The notes under the pieces: model-generated
Database searches by the model: none
What the model saw: the letters and a program-made list of their open reading frames with translations, nothing else
Told to the model about the DNA's origin: nothing
Assembly (NCBI RefSeq): GCF_963921235.1
Contig: NC_086097.1
Coordinates: 87,918,001 to 87,982,000, forward strand
From: Mobula hypostoma
Lineage: Eukaryota
Direction: 5' to 3'
DNA: 64,000 nucleotides
Made by a program: the position numbers and the translations under genes
Part shown: positions 1 to 13,400 of the stretch, one piece after another
Layout: the number at the start of each line of letters is the position of its first letter
How positions within the stretch are numbered: the first letter of the stretch is position 1

Positions 1-244
1 GGTGGGAAGTTCAAGGGGGATATTAGAGGAAGGTTTTTTAACTCAGAGAGTGGTTGGTGCGTGGAATGCACTGCCAGAGTCAGTGGTGGAGGCAAATACA
101 CTAGTGAAATTTAAGAGACTACTAGACAGGTATATAGTGGAGTTTAAGGTGGAGGGGCTTATATGGGAGGCAGGATTTGAGGGTTGGCACAACAGTGTGG
201 GCCGAAGGGTCTGTACTGTGCTGTACTACTATTCTATTCTATTC
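1..244 (+). mobile_element. CR1 LINE 3' end (ORF2 C-terminus, 3' UTR and tail)
   Basis: Encodes TQRVVGAWNALPESVVEANTLVKFKRLLDRY, then gggccgaagggtct hairpin and (ctatt)n tail. Same subfamily as the copy at 11807-15156. Confidence 0.9.
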
Positions 245-1387
245 AAACACAATCACAAGTGCTTAATCAGAATGCATACATTTAGGTAATTGCATACAAT
301 CCATTTGGAGATGCAAGGGCCCAGCAGTGGCAGATACTGGCAGTGTCTTTCCGGATTATGTCTCTGGCAAATCATACAGTTGCTGCTACTTTTCTCGCTA
401 TGGTCGAGAATCTCTCACTTTCAATTATACCTATCATCCTTTATAGCCTCACACATAGTAGGCTTGAGTTCATAAAACCTTTTTCATCTACCGATGCATC
501 ACGCTTTAATTGTATTAGTTCATAAAAGAATTTGGAAAGTGTTGGCAGCCTGATCACACTACGAAGCCATAAAGATCTGCTCTCGCTGTTTTAGCAACAG
601 AGTCGGCCTGTTTGTTCTCTCTAGTTATCTCATCCTTCCTGTTAGTATGAGCCACATAGTTAATAACAGCAATTGCAGTAGGTAATTAAAAAACAGGGAA
701 AAGTGTTGGTGATGGTGGAGGTAGTAACTGTTGTCAAAATTGGGTTTGCACTGAGGCACTTTGAGCCCAGCAGCCAAGTAGTCCACAGGCATAAACATAC
801 CCCTTGCGGACATCACTGCATTCTACTCCTTCCATGCCCACAGTCCCATTTTCATGTTTATTGACATGAATCAAAGAACTATAAAAATCATACATTTAGA
901 ATGACATTATCTAAAATATATCTACGCTGTTCGAAACAAAGATAGCATCAGTCACAAGTGGGTCACATGAGCCATATGTGTAGAAAGCAGGTAATGTTAA
1001 ACCAAAGTCTACAGTGAAATTTTAAGCAGAAATTAATCTGGTAATGATTAACCAAAATTTGGTCGCTGTCAATTTAGTTAAATATAAAACAAAGCTACAA
1101 GTTAAAATGACATTCAAATTGTATAGGACAGCTGTCACAATACTTATAAAGCAATGTACAATATTTCCCAGAGGCTATAGTGGAGCAACCCAGGAAGTGT
1201 TACTCAAGTACTGCCTCCATTCCCCTTAGCTTTAATCCTTTGATGTTGTAATTGTTTTTGGCGATATTGTAAAACACTCACAATTTTGCTTAACTCTCTC
1301 AACTCACACAAGTAACAGTATATGTTTTCCTTTACCTAGGTTGCAACTTACTTACAATAACATGTATTAAGATGGGTGTCCCCTCTT

Positions 1388-1452
1388 ATAACCATATAAC
1401 AATTACAGCACGGAAACAGACCATCTCGGCCCTTCTAGTCCGTGCCAAACTA
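1388..1452 (-). mobile_element. Very short CR1 3'-end fragment
   Basis: aaccatataacaattacagcacggaaacagaccatctcggcccttctagtc resembles the tail of the CR1 at about 53291-53360. Confidence 0.6.
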
Positions 1453-2474
1453 GAGTGAATCCGGAATACGTTTGAAAATATTTACACGTGTGTTCAACAT
1501 ATTAATTAACATCATTGTCTCCTGTCCAACACTTTATTTTTATGCCAATCTACAATGCGAGGGAAAAATTTTGTTAGAACTTCTACTACAGCAGCTCAGG
1601 GTTCATTTAAATCAACATATCACTCATCCTCTCTGCACCCCTCTGCCTTCTGTCTCCTGTAGTGCTGACATTCTTCAACGAGTACTTGAGGTGTGTGCCT
1701 TGTTGAAACATTGCCTGGGAAGGTGGGGTACAGCATATAGTTCATTCTCAGACTCTGGTGCCAGTAGATTCTTTTTTTAATCACTGAGGTCAACACTGTT
1801 ATACCTTGTCTGTTCTTTCTGTGTCGTTTCTTCATGTAACTTTGATTCACATTCTCAGCTTTTTTACATCTAGATTGAACAAACACAGGCTACCCTACAG
1901 ATTTCTTACGTTTTCCTTTCACGAACAACACATCTGCAACCGCTCAAGTAGTCCATTCCACCCATACAGTACAGTATATTTCTCAACATACTTAATGTTT
2001 CCTGGTCCATAATACACAAACATGCACCCTGCCAGAGTTGCTTAAGAGGTACGGAACAAGGGACTTTCACATTATGCACACATATACATACAGACAAACA
2101 CATTTCGAAATTCCTTTTTTTTTAACCACACACTTATGGAACTCCTGTGGGAACCAAACCAGACCACAGAGGGAACCCCATTTTTAACGTATTCATGTGG
2201 GATCCTACCCGAAACATGGCTTTTCCCTTTTTCTTCACGCTGCAGCTTTCCTACTTCGCTTCGACAACTGAGGTATTGTACTTTGACTACTCTACTCCAC
2301 ACAGGAGGAAGTTTGCAATTCCACAGCAGTCTCAGTTCCTTGCTCAGATAAGAGCAGCTGAGGATTTGGGACTGATCAGCTACAGGGGCTGAATTCCTTT
2401 CTCCTGTATAACAAAGTTAGACATTTTGGTGGAACCTCCAAGTAACTGCTGTAGCCAATAACTGGACACAGAAC

Positions 2475-3055
2475 ACACACATATTTACTGCTGAACCATA
2501 CTTTCTTTTACTTGTGCATAAGGAGAACAGCATAGCTCCTGTCAGTACACTGTTTTGAAGCCAGGACAGAAAGTTGTGATTTTTATACAGAATTGGCTAT
2601 CAGTTTCAAATATTGACCATTTGGTAAACTCTATGTTTGAATTCCTTACTTGCAAAATCCAAATCGCCATTCACAATGGAGATATTAAAAGTCAATAGAA
2701 ACTACAAACTGACAACTGATGATACTTTGACGTTAGTAAAGCAATTGTCCCTTAGTTGTTGGGTGTTTCATATCTTTCCATTATATTCCTGTCTTGTCTT
2801 TCTCTGGCTCCCCTAGATCCTGTGTAAAGGGAAGCTTTGTTTTTCATTGCTCAGCCTTTCTGGAAATGGTCTCACTTCAGAGGCCTCACTTGTCTGGGTT
2901 GATTAGACACTGCCACAGTCATCGTCACCTATCTTGTCTGCAATAAGCAGAAGTGGCTCCTGCAGTCTCACTTGCTTTCAGTTGACTACAGCTGCCTCCG
3001 GTATCCTTGCAGGGCAGTTGTCTTGAACTCTTGCATAACTGCAACTCCCACAAAT
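2475..3055. repeat. Unclassified old interspersed repeat, copy 1
   Basis: Collinear, same-orientation similarity to about 49045-49620 (shared aaggagaacag, atattgaccatt, ttaaaagtcaat, ctgacaactgatgata, acactgccacagtca). Confidence 0.8.
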
Positions 3056-3064
3056 TCCAATCAA

Positions 3065-3290
3065 CTTCCCCTCCCAGATCCTGCTCCTCACCTACAAGCT
3101 AGGGCAAATACAGAGCCTAGTTAACTTCCTTATTCACACAACTTTGAAACGTAGAGGAGACCAGCACCCTCAGAGGAAACCAATAAACTCAACATAGAGC
3201 ATGCAAGCCCATGGACAGCACCGAGGACTGGGAATGAACCCAGGTCTCTAATGTTGTGAGGTAATGTGGCTCTATTATGTGTACCAGTGT
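3065..3290 (-). mobile_element. Degenerate tRNA-derived V-SINE/HE1-like element
   Basis: Reverse strand shows a gacctgggttcattcccag B-box-like head and a degenerate body resembling the copy at 8038. Confidence 0.5.
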
Positions 3291-3305
3291 GCTGCCCTAC
3301 AATAT

Positions 3306-3570
3306 AAAGGTTGAGTTTATTGTCATAGGCACAAGTAAATGTATGCATAGGTGCAATGAAAAACTCTCTTGCAGCAGCATTACGGGTACATAGCATCGTA
3401 TAAGCAGCATTCACAAGAAAAACATAAACTAAACGTAAATCATACACTATTTTTACAAAAAAAAAGGACACATTTAAAATGAAACATGTCCACTTTAGTG
3501 CTCAGAGTAATCATATTGCTGCTAACCTGTAGTGGTGATTAGGATTTTGCTGATCGGTTCAAGAACCAAC
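3306..3570 (-). mobile_element. Rex1/Babar-type LINE 3' tail fragment
   Basis: Reverse strand ends ...gcctatgacaataaactcaac and resembles the tail at 38600-38720. Confidence 0.45.
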
Positions 3571-4451
3571 AATAATGATTGAGCTTATTACAGGTATCCG
3601 GAAAGGTAGAACTTAAAACTGCATTTAATAAGGGCATAGAACTTGGACAAAACTGATTCAACAAGTTGAAAAGACCTTAGAGCAGGCGGGTAAGAAACTT
3701 TGTGCCTGTTTTGAATGTCCATTATGTAATGAACTAGTTACTGAGTTTCAAAGCCTTGAGGCTTAAGGGCTTGATGTTTGCCAGTGGAAACTGTACAATT
3801 TACCAATTTGTAAGCATTGCAAAATTTTACACTTTTCCATCTAGTCAGACCACCTTCCTAATCCAGTTGTTGCTTGCAGCTTTACCTAGTGCTGAATGAA
3901 AGAATCCCAGTTTGTACTAATGAGCCAGTCCACCCCATCAGTTGTCATCAGTGTTTTGGAAAGATTTGCAGTGACCTGGTTTACAATCACCTGGAGCTAG
4001 GAATAACAGTATTGTTGGTTATGTTCTGTGAAGTCTGATTACTTGACTCTGAAGCACACAGCAGCTGCCTAAACTTTGTAAATCCCAATCGTTGCTCTCC
4101 TTCCCCAAGTAGTCATATATCTTAACTCTATTTAGAAGGCATATATATGTAATTTTACACACTTGCAGGAGTGGAAAGACATTGGAAGATTTCTTAAGGG
4201 TTCCTACATTATCCCACAATTTCCCATCCATTATCTTCTCCCCCAGTTGGGAAATCTTAAAAGCCAGAATGTGCTGGAATTAAGCAGCATCTTTAATCTG
4301 GAAGAAATGCAATTGATGCCATGTGTACAAGGGCAGAGAACTTAAATAGCATTTCATCCTCCAATGAAAGATAACAAGGTAGTTGAGTATGGGTGGTGAT
4401 GCAGTTATTTTAAGCACCAAAGCCCTGTATAAGTTTCCAAACACATATACC

Positions 4452-4508
4452 TTCGGGGTACATGACCAATTTCAGGGTACGTGACCAATTTCAGGGTACA
4501 TGACCAAT
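4452..4508. repeat. 19-bp tandem repeat x3 (TTCRGGGTACRTGACCAAT)
   Basis: Units at 4452-4470, 4471-4489 and 4490-4508 seen directly. Confidence 0.9.
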
Positions 4509-5839
4509 GCTATCCTACCTCTCATCTAGCACACCAGAAATAAAGTGGTGTTTCAGCACAGAGCCCAACTGTGATGCATTCTCTGTGCAATACTACCTCA
4601 ACCCCACACCACCCAGTGACTGAAGCAATCACCCATAGATGTTCAGCTGTAAACCTAAAATCTATGAATCTGCCATATTCTAGTTCCTAGTGTATGACAG
4701 AAAGGGAAGTAAAACAATTTCTAAAGCTGACTTTAACAAAATGAAATAAACTGTTTATAATCAACAAGAAAAAGCCTGTTCATTATTAAAATGGCCATGG
4801 GAGGTACTCAAAGCTGAATGTAATGTGATACAGAATGTTTATATGCTTGAGGGAAAAAGAAATTAATTGCCAAAGAAGCAAGCCATGGATGATGGGAGAG
4901 CAAAAAGATAAATCTTAAAGTGAAACCCACACAAAAATATAAAGACTGGCACAGATCCTGGCAAATGGGAGAAATTTATAAATCAGCAAAATGGACAAGA
5001 ATTGTAAATAGAAATTTGAAAGGAGGACTACAAGTTCAGCGCAAATTAACTTCTAAATTTACACTTGGTAAAAGGAAGGAGCAATGTAGGTCCCTTTATA
5101 ACTGAAAATAATGTAGTAAGTACAGAAATATTAAAATGATAAATAATTACTTGGTGCTGGAAAAGAATCATATGAACCCCTTAAGGAAACTAATACTGAG
5201 TCACTAAAATTAGTGTTGCCTATTTAGTTGGCCCCATAGTTAAGGATGAGTCTGTTCCACTCCAGTTCTGTAGGTTCTGAGGTAACTGATGAAGCTAATT
5301 ATCCCTTACTGTTGAGTAAGAGTGCCTCATGGTGGGAGTGGGAGAGCGAGTGGGTGGGTAGTGCTCCTTTAGCAGGGCTCTTTGCATTCCCAAGACATGG
5401 ATCTGAGGTTGTTGATGAAACCCTGAATGCTCCTCAACTCAGAGCAGTCATAGACAAGAGGTACCAACTGATGAGAACTTTGCACTTTCTTCAAGTTTTT
5501 AGAACATCCTTGCATATTTTTTCTCTTTCCACGTTACAATGTCTTCCCAAGGCAGAGCTTGGAACAAAGTGAAACAGGTTAGCACAAGTAAAGAAAACAC
5601 ATTCACTTTAATTCCAAGGACTTAAGAAAACTCAGCAAATGATCTGATAAAAATAATCTCCTGAGATTTTCTCAATTAACAAACTATTTGTTTTTCCTCA
5701 CCTTTCATGGGATTGGCTGAGGGTTAGCAATGAATTATAGGTGACTCAACCCCGTGTTTGTTGCCACAGGTTGTCAGAGTCGATGAGTATAGTAAACGAG
5801 CATCTTGAATATTTCCACCTGCTCAGTAAAAACAAATTA

Positions 5840-6620
5840 ATTGGCAAAAGATAGCTCATGTTTCTTAAATCCAATTAAATTTCTGCTGGAGGTGATTAAT
5901 CTAAAGACATTATTTTTATGGAACTCTAGAAGGAATTTAATAAAGGTGCTCAGAATAAACTGCCGTGAAGCTCTGACCTGATTGCAGATACTTAAGTTGA
6001 CAAAATATGACTAATGGTATCCTTTAGGAATTCTTATTAAGTTTCACTATTTGTTATTTATTACTTGGATATCAGGATAGGGAGGTAATTGTCCAAGTTT
6101 ATCATATTACAAGGCGATGCAGCATGGCATACAGTGTAGAAAAACACAAATTTACAAAGAGACATTCATTGACTAAGTGAACAGTTGAAACTTCAATCCA
6201 ATAAATGGGAAATCCTCCACTATGATCCAGAAAACAAATTATAGTGCTTTCTAAATGGTGATCCAAAGATATTTATGCATCCTTATACATCATTAAAATA
6301 TCTTGTTAATTAAATATTGGGCTTATACTTAGAGGTCTGAATAAAAAAGAGTTAGACGTTGTAATGCAGATACTCAAATCCCTGGACAGAATTCTGTGAG
6401 TAGTTCTCGTACCATTTCTTAGGAAGGGAATAAAACATGATTTTACTGGAAATATACTTGGGTTAAATAATGGGCAATTTATGGAACCTGGGGTGATGTT
6501 TCCTGAAATTTAGAAGATAGAAGTATGACTTGATTGAAGTGAACAGGATATCAAGGGGATTGAAGGGTTAGTTGAGAAAAACCATACTGGCTATGGGATT
6601 CAGGACTCCCTACTCATAAT
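5840..6620 (+). mobile_element. Highly degenerate CR1-type LINE RT/3' fragment
   Basis: Decayed order of CR1 ORF2 motifs (ggaatttaataaaggtg, tccaagttt, gacttgattgaagtg) with many stops. Confidence 0.45.
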
Positions 6621-7510
6621 CCTGACATTTCAAGGCTTAAGCTCCTACTGAGTGGACAGCAGATATGATTAGCTTGGCATATAGTTTGCAGTGAACAACA
6701 TAATTAACTGCAAAATATGCTATTAACTGATGATTTAAATGGTTGTACTCTGGGCAATAAACAGCACTACTTACTTTTCTGGTCCCAATGGTGTCAACAC
6801 CAAACCCATCATATGTGAATGAATGGTCTCAAAGATAACCTGCAGCTAAACTCTTTAGCAGCTATTTACCCAAGCTATGTGCCTCTTACCATGTGAATTA
6901 TGGGCATCCAATTTCAGAATAATTAAAGGACTTAACATATCTTATAACTTGCTATATTCCTCTATTTTAAATGTCTAAATCCAGTACTGCAAACCATTTA
7001 ATCCACAGAAGCTATTTATTCCTGATTTTCCTGTGAGGAATTGTCTATTTACAGACTTTGGCATGAACCGAAAAAAAAACTGTGGTGTAAGATACGGATA
7101 ACCTCAAAGATTTATTTTTCCCTTTTCCTGATGTTGAAGGAACAACACTTCAGCTGTTTCTCCTTTTACTCAAAATTCCCCTTAATAGTTTAGTACAAAT
7201 TTCTCTCCTGAGAAATAGGGTGCCCTTTTATTTCCTGCTGGGCAGTTCCTAACCACAAAGTGAAGTCAGTGAAATATACATATGTGAAAAGCCTAACCTA
7301 TGTTTGAAATCTGTTTCCATTGAAAAAGGACTAAGAAATCCTTTACTCTTTTTTTTAAAACAACACTAAATATTTCTGCATACCAGTCCCAACCACAACT
7401 TGCTTTCCCCATGCATCTTAGTCCCAAATTAACAAGAATCAACATTTAAACTGATACCACTGCATCTTCCAGTCCTACTGTTGTTCTATTGTTGTACAGT
7501 GCTGCTACAC

Positions 7511-7590
7511 CACAGGTTCCCAACCTTTTTTATGCCATGGACCCCTACCATTAACCGAGGTTTCTGTGGACCCCAGGTTGGGAATTCCTG
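7511..7590. mobile_element. 80-bp hAT-type MITE
   Basis: Terminal inverted repeats (ca..ggttcccaacct / aggttgggaattcctg) flanked by a perfect 8-bp duplication TGCTACAC at 7503-7510 and 7591-7598. An 8-bp TSD is typical of hAT elements. Confidence 0.85.
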
Positions 7591-8037
7591 TGCTACACAT
7601 TGTTTCTTGTTCTATAAAGTAAAATCACACTTGGGGAGCTGACTTCCACTACTCTGGGCCTGTTAACCAAGTTGACCAATGGTGTGTACTAAGTTCTTGT
7701 ATTAGTTCACGAATGAGACAGTATCCCCAAAGGAACAAAGAATCAAAATCTTCTCCAAACTAGCCATGGTCATTTCTTGTAGAGCTAACCATCAAAGGAA
7801 TATAGCGATTGCATGTTAAAGGGAGGTCTAAGGCTAATATAGTTCATGTACTATTCTGCTGTTTGCATGAAACATGCAGTTTTGAAAATCAATCACCATG
7901 GATTAATTTACAGCAGACTTCGACATGAAGTTAAAAAAGGTCAGTGATGCAAAGCATTGAGAGCCATTAGCTTGTTATTCACATGTTGATTCAAGGCATA
8001 TCACATATCTCTGTCACTAAATCCAGATGACTAACAT

Positions 8038-8285
8038 GGGCGGCATAGTGGTTAGTACAGTGCTTTACAGTAATAGTGACCCAGGTTCATTTCCCAATGC
8101 TGCCTGTAAGCAGTTTGTATGTTCTCCTTATGACCACATCGGTTTCTTCCCACAGTCCAAAGACGTACCAGTTGGTAGGTTAATTGGTCATTGTAAATTG
8201 TCCCGTGGTTAGGCAAGGGTTAAATCAGGGGAATGCTGGGAGGTGTGGCTCAAAGGGCCGAAAGGGCCTATTTCGTCAATCAATA
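8038..8285 (+). mobile_element. tRNA-derived V-SINE / HE1-like SINE
   Basis: A/B-box-like head (tagtggttag ... ccaggttcattt), core tcccacagtccaaagacgt...ttaattggtcattgtaaattgtccc, and a CR1-like gggccgaaagggcct tail. Confidence 0.75.
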
Positions 8286-9170
8286 TTCAAGGATTTTACA
8301 GTCAACCCTACCTGAGTATGAACTGCTTGATATTAGCTATTTTGAACAGATTTTCCCCCTGGTTTTAATTTATCCTGAAGTATCCTGAAGTTGTGCACAG
8401 AATTACTTTATTTGTTGTTAATATTTTATGTATACCTTAATAGTTCTCTCTCCCCTCCTTTCAATGCTGAAGCAATATAATTCACATAAATAAATCTGTG
8501 ACAAGATTGCTGGCAATCTTAACCCAGCATGTTTGTTGGGGAATGGTTAGGGATGTTTTGACTGTCAGGTTTGCCTCCCCGTCTGATTTTATTTAGTGAT
8601 GGAGTATAAGATTGCATTACAGTGTAGAAGTGACACGGCAACTAATCCTGTGGGTGCCCTGCTACAGTGTCGCTTAAAATGAGCTTCTAGGGTTGTTCTC
8701 ATAGAGCAGTTTGAATGATGAATCTCATGCTTTGCTGAAACCAAAGTTAGACACAGATTGAGTATGAAAATGGAAGGGAAAAACCCTTAGTTTTTATGTG
8801 CTTCAGCCATATCATGAATAGGCGTGCATGTTGTTGTTGCTAATAGCAAATATTGTGTAATTGGCATATCCAACAGAAAGAAACATTTAAGACTTTTTTT
8901 TGACTGAATTAAGATCCAGAACGCATAATGCAGCAATTACTCAAGTTTCTCCTGCATTAAGCTCATAAGGGATAAATCTGCAGCTCAGTCACAACTTTAG
9001 CCTCTCTTACAGCCTATCTGTTAGAGAAATTAACATGCATTGAATAATACATTCCAGCAGATGTTCTCTTTCTATGTATGGATGCCTGCATGAAACTGAT
9101 CATAAACGCTATACTTTATTGTAAATATTTTAACTGAGGATTGTGGCTGATTACTTATTCTCTTTATTAG

Positions 9171-9333
9171 GCGCCATCACAGTGATGCTTGTGAAATTAC
9201 ACAGACGAGACTCAGGGCTTCAGTTCGAGACTTGAGGTCTCCTCAGAGGTCATCAAAGTCAACAATTGAAGATGACTTGAAGAAGCTAATTAACCTGGAA
9301 AGTCCTCCCCCAGACACTGGCAAAGAGAGAAAG
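9171..9333 (+). CDS. SIPA1L1: Internal coding exon of SIPA1/SIPA1L (SPAR) Rap-GAP family gene, SIPA1L1-like (paralog uncertain)
   Basis: Acceptor ttctctttattAG, donor AAG|gtatgt. Translates [54 protein letters not shown], matching the SIPA1L1 segment RHQSDGNEIAHTRLRAST...STIEEDLKKLIDLESP as I recall it. 163 nt, phase 2 to 0. Upstream exons were not found in the window. Confidence 0.92.
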
Positions 9334-9417
9334 GTATGTAGATAATTTGCACTTAATGAGAATGACGGACCAAGATCAAGTTGCAGTCGGGTTGGTGAGA
9401 GTACACGTGGAGTACGT

Positions 9418-9525
9418 GTCCTGAAGAAGAATCCCTAAGAAGGATCTCGGCCTGAAATGTTGACTGTTTATTCATTTTCATAGATGCTGCTTGACCTACT
9501 GGGTTACTCCAGCATTTTGTGTGTG
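9418..9525 (+). mobile_element. Short Penelope-tail-derived repeat with degenerate hammerhead motif
   Basis: gtcctgaaga...aggatctcggcctgaaatgttgactg...tagatgctgcttgacc...ccagcattttgtgtgtg, homologous to 28350-28445. Confidence 0.75.
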
Positions 9526-10030
9526 ATAACATGTAGTATTATGTACAGTTTTGGTCACCCTGGTATTAGGTAAGACATTTTCAAGCTGGAGAGGGTGCAG
9601 AAGAGAATTAATAGGATCCTGCCTGAGATTAGAGAGAGGTTGAACACGCTGGATCTGTATTCCCTGGAATGCAGGAGAATAATGGATGACCTCACAGAGG
9701 TTTATAAAATCAAGATGGGTGTGGATAAGGTGGATGGCCACAGTCTTTTCCTAGAGTTGGGGAGTTCAAAACTAGAGGGCACATCTACAAGAGGGGAGAG
9801 ATTTAAAAGAGAATTGAGAAGTTTCTTTACATGGTGGATAATGAGTACCTGGGATGAACTACCAGAGAAAGTGGTCAAGGCCCGTAAAATTGCATCATTT
9901 AAGATGTATTTAGGTAAGTACATGGAGGGAGATAGCTTGGAGAGTTATGAACTGAATGCTGGCAACTGGGAATAAGCAGGCAAGGAGGCTGTAGTCTCTG
10001 TGGACCATGCCACATTACTCCTATGACTGC
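9526..10030 (+). mobile_element. Old CR1 LINE 3' fragment
   Basis: ORF 9595..9975 reads ERLNTLDLYSLECRRIMDDLTEVYKI...WDELPEKVV..FKMYL, the CR1 ORF2 C-terminus. Confidence 0.85.
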
Positions 10031-10473
10031 AATGTTGTAGATTCAATGACATCACAGTAAATATGAGATAGAAATGTGTAGAGGTTAATCTAAACTTTAT
10101 CACCAGGTTTCCAGTGAAGGCTTCGTGGCATCAAACTCAATGAGTGACTGTTGCACTGACTGAAAAGGACTTTGCATGCTATCCCATACATGAAATATCA
10201 GAAGATTCCATGTTGCCTTACAGATGATTGTGGTTGATGTGTAATTGCAATTATGGATGTGTACATTATTACTTGGTATATGATAACTGTAGCATCCACA
10301 TTGTATGCAAGAGTCCCATAAATAGTAGTAGCTGAAGGAAGAATTTATCTCTTTGTTCTTTTTTAAATTGTGCAAGAGATTTTTAAAGCCTGTCTGAGCA
10401 GGAAAACCTGATCCTAGTTAACTTGGCATTAGTACTTGCTCTAAAAATATGTAAAATTGTTAGTCTCAATATA

Positions 10474-13400
10474 CAGTGCCTATAAAGAGTATTCCCCGCC
10501 TCCCCCCCCCCCCCCCCGGAAGTTTTCATGTTTTTTTTTTGTTTTACAGCTTTGAATCACAGTGGGTTTGTCTTTCTGACACTGATCAATAGAAAAAGAC
10601 TCCATGTCACAGTGAGAACAGATCCCTACAAATTGGTCTAAATTAATTACAAATGTAAAACACACAATAATTGATTGCATAAGTATTCACACCCTTCAAG
10701 TCAGAATTTAGTAGATGCACCTAGTAATTGGCAACAATTATAACCTTGAATCTGTGTGGATAGGTCTCCATCAGCTTTGCACATCTGGAATTTTTCCCCA
10801 TTGTTCTTTATAAAACTGCTCAAGCTCTGTCAGATTGTATGGGGATCATGAGTGAACAGCCCTTTTCATGTCCAACTACAAATTCTTAATTGGACTGAGG
10901 TCAGCACTCTGACTTGGCCACTCTAGGATATTACATTAACTTTGTTCTTAAGCTATTCCTGTGTAGCTTTGGCTTTATGCTTGGGGGTCATTGTCTTCCT
11001 GGAAAACAAAGCTTCTCCCAAGTCGCAGTTCTCCTGCAGACTGCATCAAGCTTTCCTCCAGAATTTCCCTGTATTTTGCTGAATTTATTTTACCTTCTTA
11101 GCTTCTCAAGCCTTCCAGGGACTGCTACAGTGAAGCATCCCCTCAGCATGATGCAGCCACCAGTATGCCTCAGCTTAGGGATGGTATGTTTTGATGAAGA
11201 GCGGTGTTTGGCTTACACCAAACATACAGTTTAGTCTGATGGCCAAAAAGCTAAATTTTGGTTTCATCAGACTATAGAGGTCATTCTTTCATCTGACTTC
11301 AGAGATTCCTACGTGCCTTCAGACAAACTGTAACCGAGATTTCTTATGAGTTTTTTTCAACTGTGTCCTTCTCTTTGCCACTCTCCCATAAAGCTGCGAC
11401 TGTTGAAGCAGCTGGGCAAACAGTTATTGTATGCGTAGTCCCTCACTAGTCCCCTTCTTGCACGGTCACTCAGTTTTTGAGGACGGCCTGCTCTAGGCAG
11501 ATCTACAGCTCTGCCATATTCTTTCCATTTCTTGATGATTGACTTAACTGTACACCAAGGGATATTCAGTGATTTGGAAATGTTCTTGATTTGCTTTTTA
11601 ATAGCCTTTTCGTGGCATTGCTTGGGGTGTTTTTTTGCTCTTCATAGTGTAGTTTTTGCCAGGATACTGACTCACCAGTAGTTAGACCTCCCAGATAGAG
11701 GTGTATTTTTATGACAAGCAATTGAATTACCTTGACTGCCCACAGTGATTTCCATTTAACTTATTATGTGACTTCTAAAACCAATTAGCTGCACCAGTGA
11801 TGATTTAACATAGAACATAGAATAGTACAGCACAGTACAGGCCCTTCGGTCCACAATGTTTTGCCTCCCATATAAGCCCCCACCTTAAATTCCTCCATAT
11901 ACCTGTCTAGTAGTCTCTTAAACTTCACTAGTGTATCTGCCTCCACCACTGACTCAGGCAGTGCATTTCACGCACCAACCACTCTCTGAGTGAAAAACCT
12001 TCCTCTAATATCCCCCTTGAACTTCCCACCCCTTACCTTAAAGCCATGTCCTCTTGTATTGAGCAGTGGTGCCCTGAGGAAGAGGCGCTGGCTATCCACT
12101 CTATCTATTCCTCTTATTATCTTGTACACCTCTATCATGTCTCCTCTCATCCTCCTTCTCTCCAAAGAGTAAAGCCCTAGCTCCCTTAATCTCTGATCAT
12201 AATGCATACTTTCTAAACCAGGCAGCATCCTGATAAATCTCCTCTGTACCCTTTCCAATGCTTCCACATCCTTCCTATAGTGAGGTGACCAGAACTGGAC
12301 ACAGTACTCCAAGTGTGGCCTAACCAGAGTTTTATAGAGCTGCATTATTACATCGCGACTCTTAAACTCTATCCCTCGACTTATGAAAGCTAACACCCCA
12401 TAAGCTTTCTTAACTACCTTATCCACCTGTGAGACAACTTTCAGGGATCTGTGGACGTGTACCCCGAGAACCCTCTGCTCCTCCACACTACCAAGTATCC
12501 TGCCATTTACTTTGTACTCTGCCTTGGAGTTTGTCCTTCCAAAGTGTACCACCTCACACTTCTCTGGGTTGAACTCCATCTGCCACTTCTCAGCCCACTC
12601 CTGCATCCTATCAATGTCTCTCTGCAATCTTTGACAATCCTCTACACTATCTACAACACCACCAACCTTTGTGTCGTCTGCAAACTTGCCAACCCACCCT
12701 TCTACCCCCACATCCAGGTCGTTAATAAAAATCACGAAAAGTAGAGGTCCCAGAACAGATCCTTGTGGGACACCACTAGTCACAATCCTCCAATCCGAAT
12801 GTACTCCCTCCACCACCACCCTCTGCCTTCTGCAGGCAAGCCAATTCTGAATCCACCTGGCCAAACTTCCCTGGATCCCATGCCTTCTAACTTTCTGAAT
12901 AAGCCTACCATGTAGAACCTTGTCAAATGCCTTACTGAAATCCATGTAGATCACATCCACTGCACTACCCTCATCTATCTGCCTGGTCACCTCCGCAAAG
13001 AACTCTATCAGGCTTGTTAGACATGATCTGCCCTTCACAAAGCCATGCTGACTGTCCCTGATCAGACCATGATTCTCTAAATGCCTATAGATCCTATCTC
13101 TAAGAATCTTTTCCAACAGCTTTCCCGCCACAGACGTAAGGCTCACTGGTCTATAATTACCCGGACTATCCCTACTACCTTTTTTGAACAAGGGGACAAC
13201 ATTCGTCTCCCTCCAATCCTCCAGTACCATTCCCGTGGACAACGAGGACATAAAGATCCTAGCCAGAGGCTCAGCAGTCTCTTCCCTCGCCTCGTGGAGC
13301 AGCCTGGGGAATATTCCGTCAGGCCCCGGGGACTTATCTGTCCTAATGTATTTTAACAACTCCAACATCTCCTCTCCCTAATATCAACATGCTCCAGAAC

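Noticed and set aside
1044..1229. ORF containing IFPRGYSGAT..KY, superficially like the SIPA1L YPRQGATSKY motif
   Set aside because: Spacing does not match and there are no supporting splice sites; chance resemblance.
4452..4508. CRISPR-like direct repeats
   Set aside because: The repeats are contiguous with no spacers, the context is eukaryotic, and there are no cas genes.
5770..5830. Good-looking acceptor (gtttgttgccacag) as a possible upstream SIPA1L exon
   Set aside because: No translation resembles the expected preceding motif (PRQGATSKYLIGWKK) and there is no convincing donor.
11968..13368. 466-aa RT ORF as a domesticated gene or active element
   Set aside because: The host copy is 5'-truncated, with a stop, a frameshift and a premature C-terminal stop. 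The open frame reflects young age rather than domestication.
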